Origin: a virus
Lineage: Duplodnaviria; Caudoviricetes
IMG/VR virus record: IMGVR_UViG_3300037511_000152
Location: 1 to 56,772 of that record
Strand: one strand, 5' to 3'
Length of the DNA: 56,772 nucleotides
Of this stretch, positions 53,584-56,772 are shown in pieces; within the stretch, counting starts at the first letter, position 1; every line of letters begins with the position of its first letter. The position numbers were made by a program, and so were the translations under genes. Below the pieces are notes generated by a model. The model was given only the letters and a program-made list of their open reading frames with translations. It was not told the DNA's origin and did not search any database.

Positions 53584-56124
53584 ATGGCGGAGTCCTCCAA
53601 ACGGACCCGCTATCTTGCGAACATGGGGGAGTCCCTGATCGAACAGGGATACAACATTACGCCGATATCGATCGGCACGAAGCACCCTCCGCACGATGGC
53701 TGGTCGAAGATCAAATGCACAAAGGCCGTCCTCAAGAAGTGGCTTGAGAACGGGCTGACATACACGAGCCTGAAGGACAAGAAAGAACACACCGCCGACG
53801 TGTCGAACGCCGGCGTTGGCATTCTTACGCGCGATACCCCGGGCGTCGACATCGACGTTTCCGACGAAACGATGGCGAAAGACCTGGAGCAGTGGGTCAT
53901 CGACAACATCGGCGTTGCGCCAGTTCGCGTCGGCCGCGCCCCGCGTCGTCTCTTGCTATTCCGCTGCACTGAGCCTTTCAAGAAGGTGCAGTCGAACGTC
54001 TACCTTGATGAGTGGGACGAGCCCCAAAAGGTTGAAATCCTCGCGGACGGCCAGCAGTTCGTGGCGTTCCATGTTCACCCGGACACGCACAAGCCCTACG
54101 AATGGTTGTATCAGGACGGTCCGCTCGTCACGGCTGCGGATGACCTGCCAACGTTGAACGAGGCGCAGGCTCGCGAGATTGTCAAGCAATTCGAGACACG
54201 CGCGAGACTGGCCGGCTGGACACTGAAGAAGGCGGCTCGGACTGGCCCAGCGACCAGGGGCGGCAACGTCATCGAAGACCCGTTCGCGGATGTCAAGGAA
54301 AAGACTCGCATCACCGACGCAGAGCTTCGCGAGAAGTTGATGGTGGTGCCGAACAATGACGACTACGAGACGTGGTTCCAGGTCGGCATGGCGCTCTACC
54401 ATCAATATGATGGCGGCGACAAGGGCTTGGAGCTTTGGCACGACTGGTCGGAGTCCGCCTCCAACTACGACAAGGCCGCTCTGGATCGTCATTGGCCGTC
54501 GTTCGCAATTGACGAGAAGGGCCGCGAGCCGCTGACCGCACGCTACATCATCAAGCTGGCGTCAGAAGCCGAAACGCAGCAAAACCGCGAAGAGATCGAA
54601 GCGATCATCACGGCTTTGCGCGAGGCAGATACTCGCGAAAAGCTGGAGTCGGCTTGCAAGTCGGCCAAGAAAGTCGACCTCGACAAGATGGGCCATGAAC
54701 TTGTGCTCAACGAGGTGAAGATCGCCTATCGGAGATTGACCGGCCATGCGATCCAGATCAAAACCGCTCGCGACCTGATCCGGTATGAGAACCCCCAGTA
54801 CATGAAGCAGAAGCCGGAATGGCTGGAGAACTGGGTGTACCTCACCGATGCCGATGCGTTCTACAACACCGAGACGCAGGACGAAGTGACGATCACGGGC
54901 TTCAACAGTCTGTTCAACCGCTACATGTTGACGAAAGCCGAACGGATGGAGGGCCGGGCTCGCCCGGAAATCCAGGCGTCCGACCAAGCCTTGAACGTGT
55001 ACGAGTTGCCGATCGTTCGAGGCAAGATGTACCTGCCGGAGGCCGACCGCGTGTTCAAGATGAACGGCGTTCTCTGGGCCAACTCCTACACCGACCGCAA
55101 CATCCCCATCGTCAAGAGCAACACGCCTACCCCTGCTGAACGGAAAGCAGTGATGCGCGTCGTCGCACATTTCGAACACCTGATTCGAGACGAACGCGAA
55201 CGCGCGTTGGTGCTGTCGTGGCTCTCGTACATCGTGAAAGAACGCAAGAAGCCTAACTGGGCCGTTCTGCTCCAGGGTGTTGAGAACGACGGTAAGTCGC
55301 TCATCGCTACGATGATGGGGCTGATTCTGGGCGCCGAGAACGTGAAATTCATCTCGCCGCGCACCATGCAAGGGTCGGACTTCACCGATTGGGCTCATGG
55401 TGCTCTGCTGGGCGTAATCGAAGAACTGAAGATCGAAGGCCATAGCCGTTTCGACGCGCTGAACGCCATCAAGGACAAGATCACGAACCCAGTCATCGCC
55501 ATTCACCCGAAGGGCGGCGCCGAGTACAACGTCGTCAACACGATGGCGTACCTGATCCTTACGAACTTCCGCGACTCGATGCCCATGACCGCCGGCAACA
55601 CGCGATTCTTCCCGGTCTTCTGCCGCATCCAGACGCCGCAGGCGCTCGGGAAGTTCAAAGCCGAGAACCCCGACTACTTCATCCAGTTGTACCGGGCTAT
55701 CACGACCCATCCGGTCGCCCTGCGCCGCTGGCTGCTGGAGTACGACTATCACGAAGAGTTCAACCCGGTCGACCGTGCGCTCAGTTCGCACGCGAAGATG
55801 GAGATGATCATGCTCGCCAAGTCCGAGGAAGAGGAAGTCCTGGAAGACCTCCTTGAGTCTCGCGCCCGCGAAGACCACACGGAGATTCTGTTCAACGCCA
55901 CCTCGCTCGTGGAAGAGATCATTGGCACGACCGGTGTGCGCAGCACGGAAATGGAACGCCGCGTCTCCCGCGTCCTCCAGGCACGCGGCTTTTCCCGCCT
56001 AGGTCGGATTCGCATCGGCACCGAACGGCACTCGTTCTGGTCGAAGGAACCCGAACGCTTCCGGGACAAGAAAGGCGAGATTCTTCCGAACGCGATCAAG
56101 GAATGGATCGACGGCGACCTCTGA
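53584..56124 (+). CDS. primase-helicase (prim-pol N-domain, PriCT-2, C-terminal P-loop helicase)
   Basis: GVDID, GQQFVAF.VHPDT..PY.W, DYETWFQVGMAL...W..WS, G....GKS, TN, RFF. Confidence 0.9.
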   Translation: MAESSKRTRYLANMGESLIEQGYNITPISIGTKHPPHDGWSKIKCTKAVLKKWLENGLTYTSLKDKKEHTADVSNAGVGILTRDTPGVDIDVSDETMAKDLEQWVIDNIGVAPVRVGRAPRRLLLFRCTEPFKKVQSNVYLDEWDEPQKVEILADGQQFVAFHVHPDTHKPYEWLYQDGPLVTAADDLPTLNEAQAREIVKQFETRARLAGWTLKKAARTGPATRGGNVIEDPFADVKEKTRITDAELREKLMVVPNNDDYETWFQVGMALYHQYDGGDKGLELWHDWSESASNYDKAALDRHWPSFAIDEKGREPLTARYIIKLASEAETQQNREEIEAIITALREADTREKLESACKSAKKVDLDKMGHELVLNEVKIAYRRLTGHAIQIKTARDLIRYENPQYMKQKPEWLENWVYLTDADAFYNTETQDEVTITGFNSLFNRYMLTKAERMEGRARPEIQASDQALNVYELPIVRGKMYLPEADRVFKMNGVLWANSYTDRNIPIVKSNTPTPAERKAVMRVVAHFEHLIRDERERALVLSWLSYIVKERKKPNWAVLLQGVENDGKSLIATMMGLILGAENVKFISPRTMQGSDFTDWAHGALLGVIEELKIEGHSRFDALNAIKDKITNPVIAIHPKGGAEYNVVNTMAYLILTNFRDSMPMTAGNTRFFPVFCRIQTPQALGKFKAENPDYFIQLYRAITTHPVALRRWLLEYDYHEEFNPVDRALSSHAKMEMIMLAKSEEEEVLEDLLESRAREDHTEILFNATSLVEEIIGTTGVRSTEMERRVSRVLQARGFSRLGRIRIGTERHSFWSKEPERFRDKKGEILPNAIKEWIDGDL

Positions 56125-56145
56125 TCTGCACAATTTTTGAGCAAC

Positions 56146-56169
56146 GCCCGGCACACGGCCGGGCTTTTT
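56146..56169 (+). terminator. Rho-independent terminator after the primase gene
   Basis: GCCCGGC-ACACG-GCCGGGC-TTTTT. Confidence 0.85.
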
Positions 56170-56196
56170 GTTGGCCTTTTTCTACCGAAATCGGTC

Positions 56197-56612
56197 TGTC
56201 CCGGACATGATTTTGGCTGTCCCGGACATTTCGATGGGGTCGTTTTTGGCCGTTTTTCGCCCTGATTGCCTAAATTTTGAGCAGCCGACGAAAAACCGTC
56301 GACCTGAGAAAGCCGTCCCCTCGGCCAAGAGTCGTACAAACCTAGATCGGCCGAAAAGCCGGTTTTTGCCGTTTTTCTCACCTCCGGGACAACTCCGGGA
56401 CAGCCGGAAACCCTTTGTTTATCTACCTTTCTTCCTTTTTTGTCCCGGACCAGACAATAAATCAGTCATATAAGAAAGAAATAAAAAAGCACCGTTTTCC
56501 TAGAGGGGAACACACCCGCAAAATTATTTTACGTATAGGGGAACTGGAATCGGCGTTTTTCCGGGACAGCCGGGACAGCCCGGGACAAGACCCCTGCCTC
56601 CTGTCCCGGACA
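56197..56612. repeat. iteron-like TGTCCCGG/CCGGGACA repeats (9 copies) around an AT-rich tract
   Basis: Copies at 56197, 56218, 56384, 56395, 56441, 56561, 56570, 56580, 56602, in both orientations. Confidence 0.85.
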
Positions 56613-56760
56613 TCGGTTTTTCCTCGCAGCCGGCGGCCGTTTGCATAAGTGATCCGGACGATACTTGCTGGGAATTCCCTGAAAACCCGGCGGCCGATGG
56701 ACGAAAGCCGGATTTTTGCAGAGGTGCTATCGAGAAAAACCGGAAGAGTCTGAGGCCGGG

Positions 56761-56772
56761 GCTCTGCGCACC
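56761..56772. other. cos site, right copy
   Basis: Identical to 1-12; across the junction it is flanked by the inverted repeat GAGGCCGGG/CCCGGCCTC. Confidence 0.9.

Noticed and set aside
54562-55878. 438-aa antisense ORF
   Set aside because: Shadow of the primase gene caused by GC-rich codon bias; no motifs or RBS

Overview
The window looks like a complete ~56.8-kb genome of a Chi-like siphophage (Casjensviridae-type gene order). It carries the same 12-nt cos sequence (GCTCTGCGCACC) at both ends. Layout: (i) 0.5-6.1 kb, small leftward early/accessory genes; (ii) 6.6-20.0 kb, rightward accessory genes including a beta-clamp-like protein, MazG-like NTP pyrophosphatases, a Spo11/Topo VI-A-like Toprim protein, an orphan ParB-like protein, a SLOG protein and a cupin; (iii) 20.1-53.1 kb, a long leftward block with Cas4-like exonuclease, SSB, family A DNA polymerase, HNH, VRR-NUC, SNF2 helicase, lambda-like terminase/head genes, tail genes and a split lysis cassette; (iv) 53.3-56.1 kb, an HTH protein and a primase-helicase, followed by an iteron-like repeat region next to cos. 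No integrase, ParA, tRNA or CRISPR array was recognised. The strongest unexplained signal is an 11-bp palindrome, GAAGTWACTTC. At least 19 exact copies (counted by eye) are spread across the genome, inside genes in different frames and next to promoters, including directly at the -35 box of the ParB-like gene. This suggests a phage ParB/parS-like (KorB-like) genome-marking or regulatory system. Also notable: a second palindromic operator (TGTTNAACA) in six promoters, a ~320-nt multi-hairpin intergenic element and a 52-bp tandem repeat. All functional calls come from motif recognition and synteny; no database searches were run.
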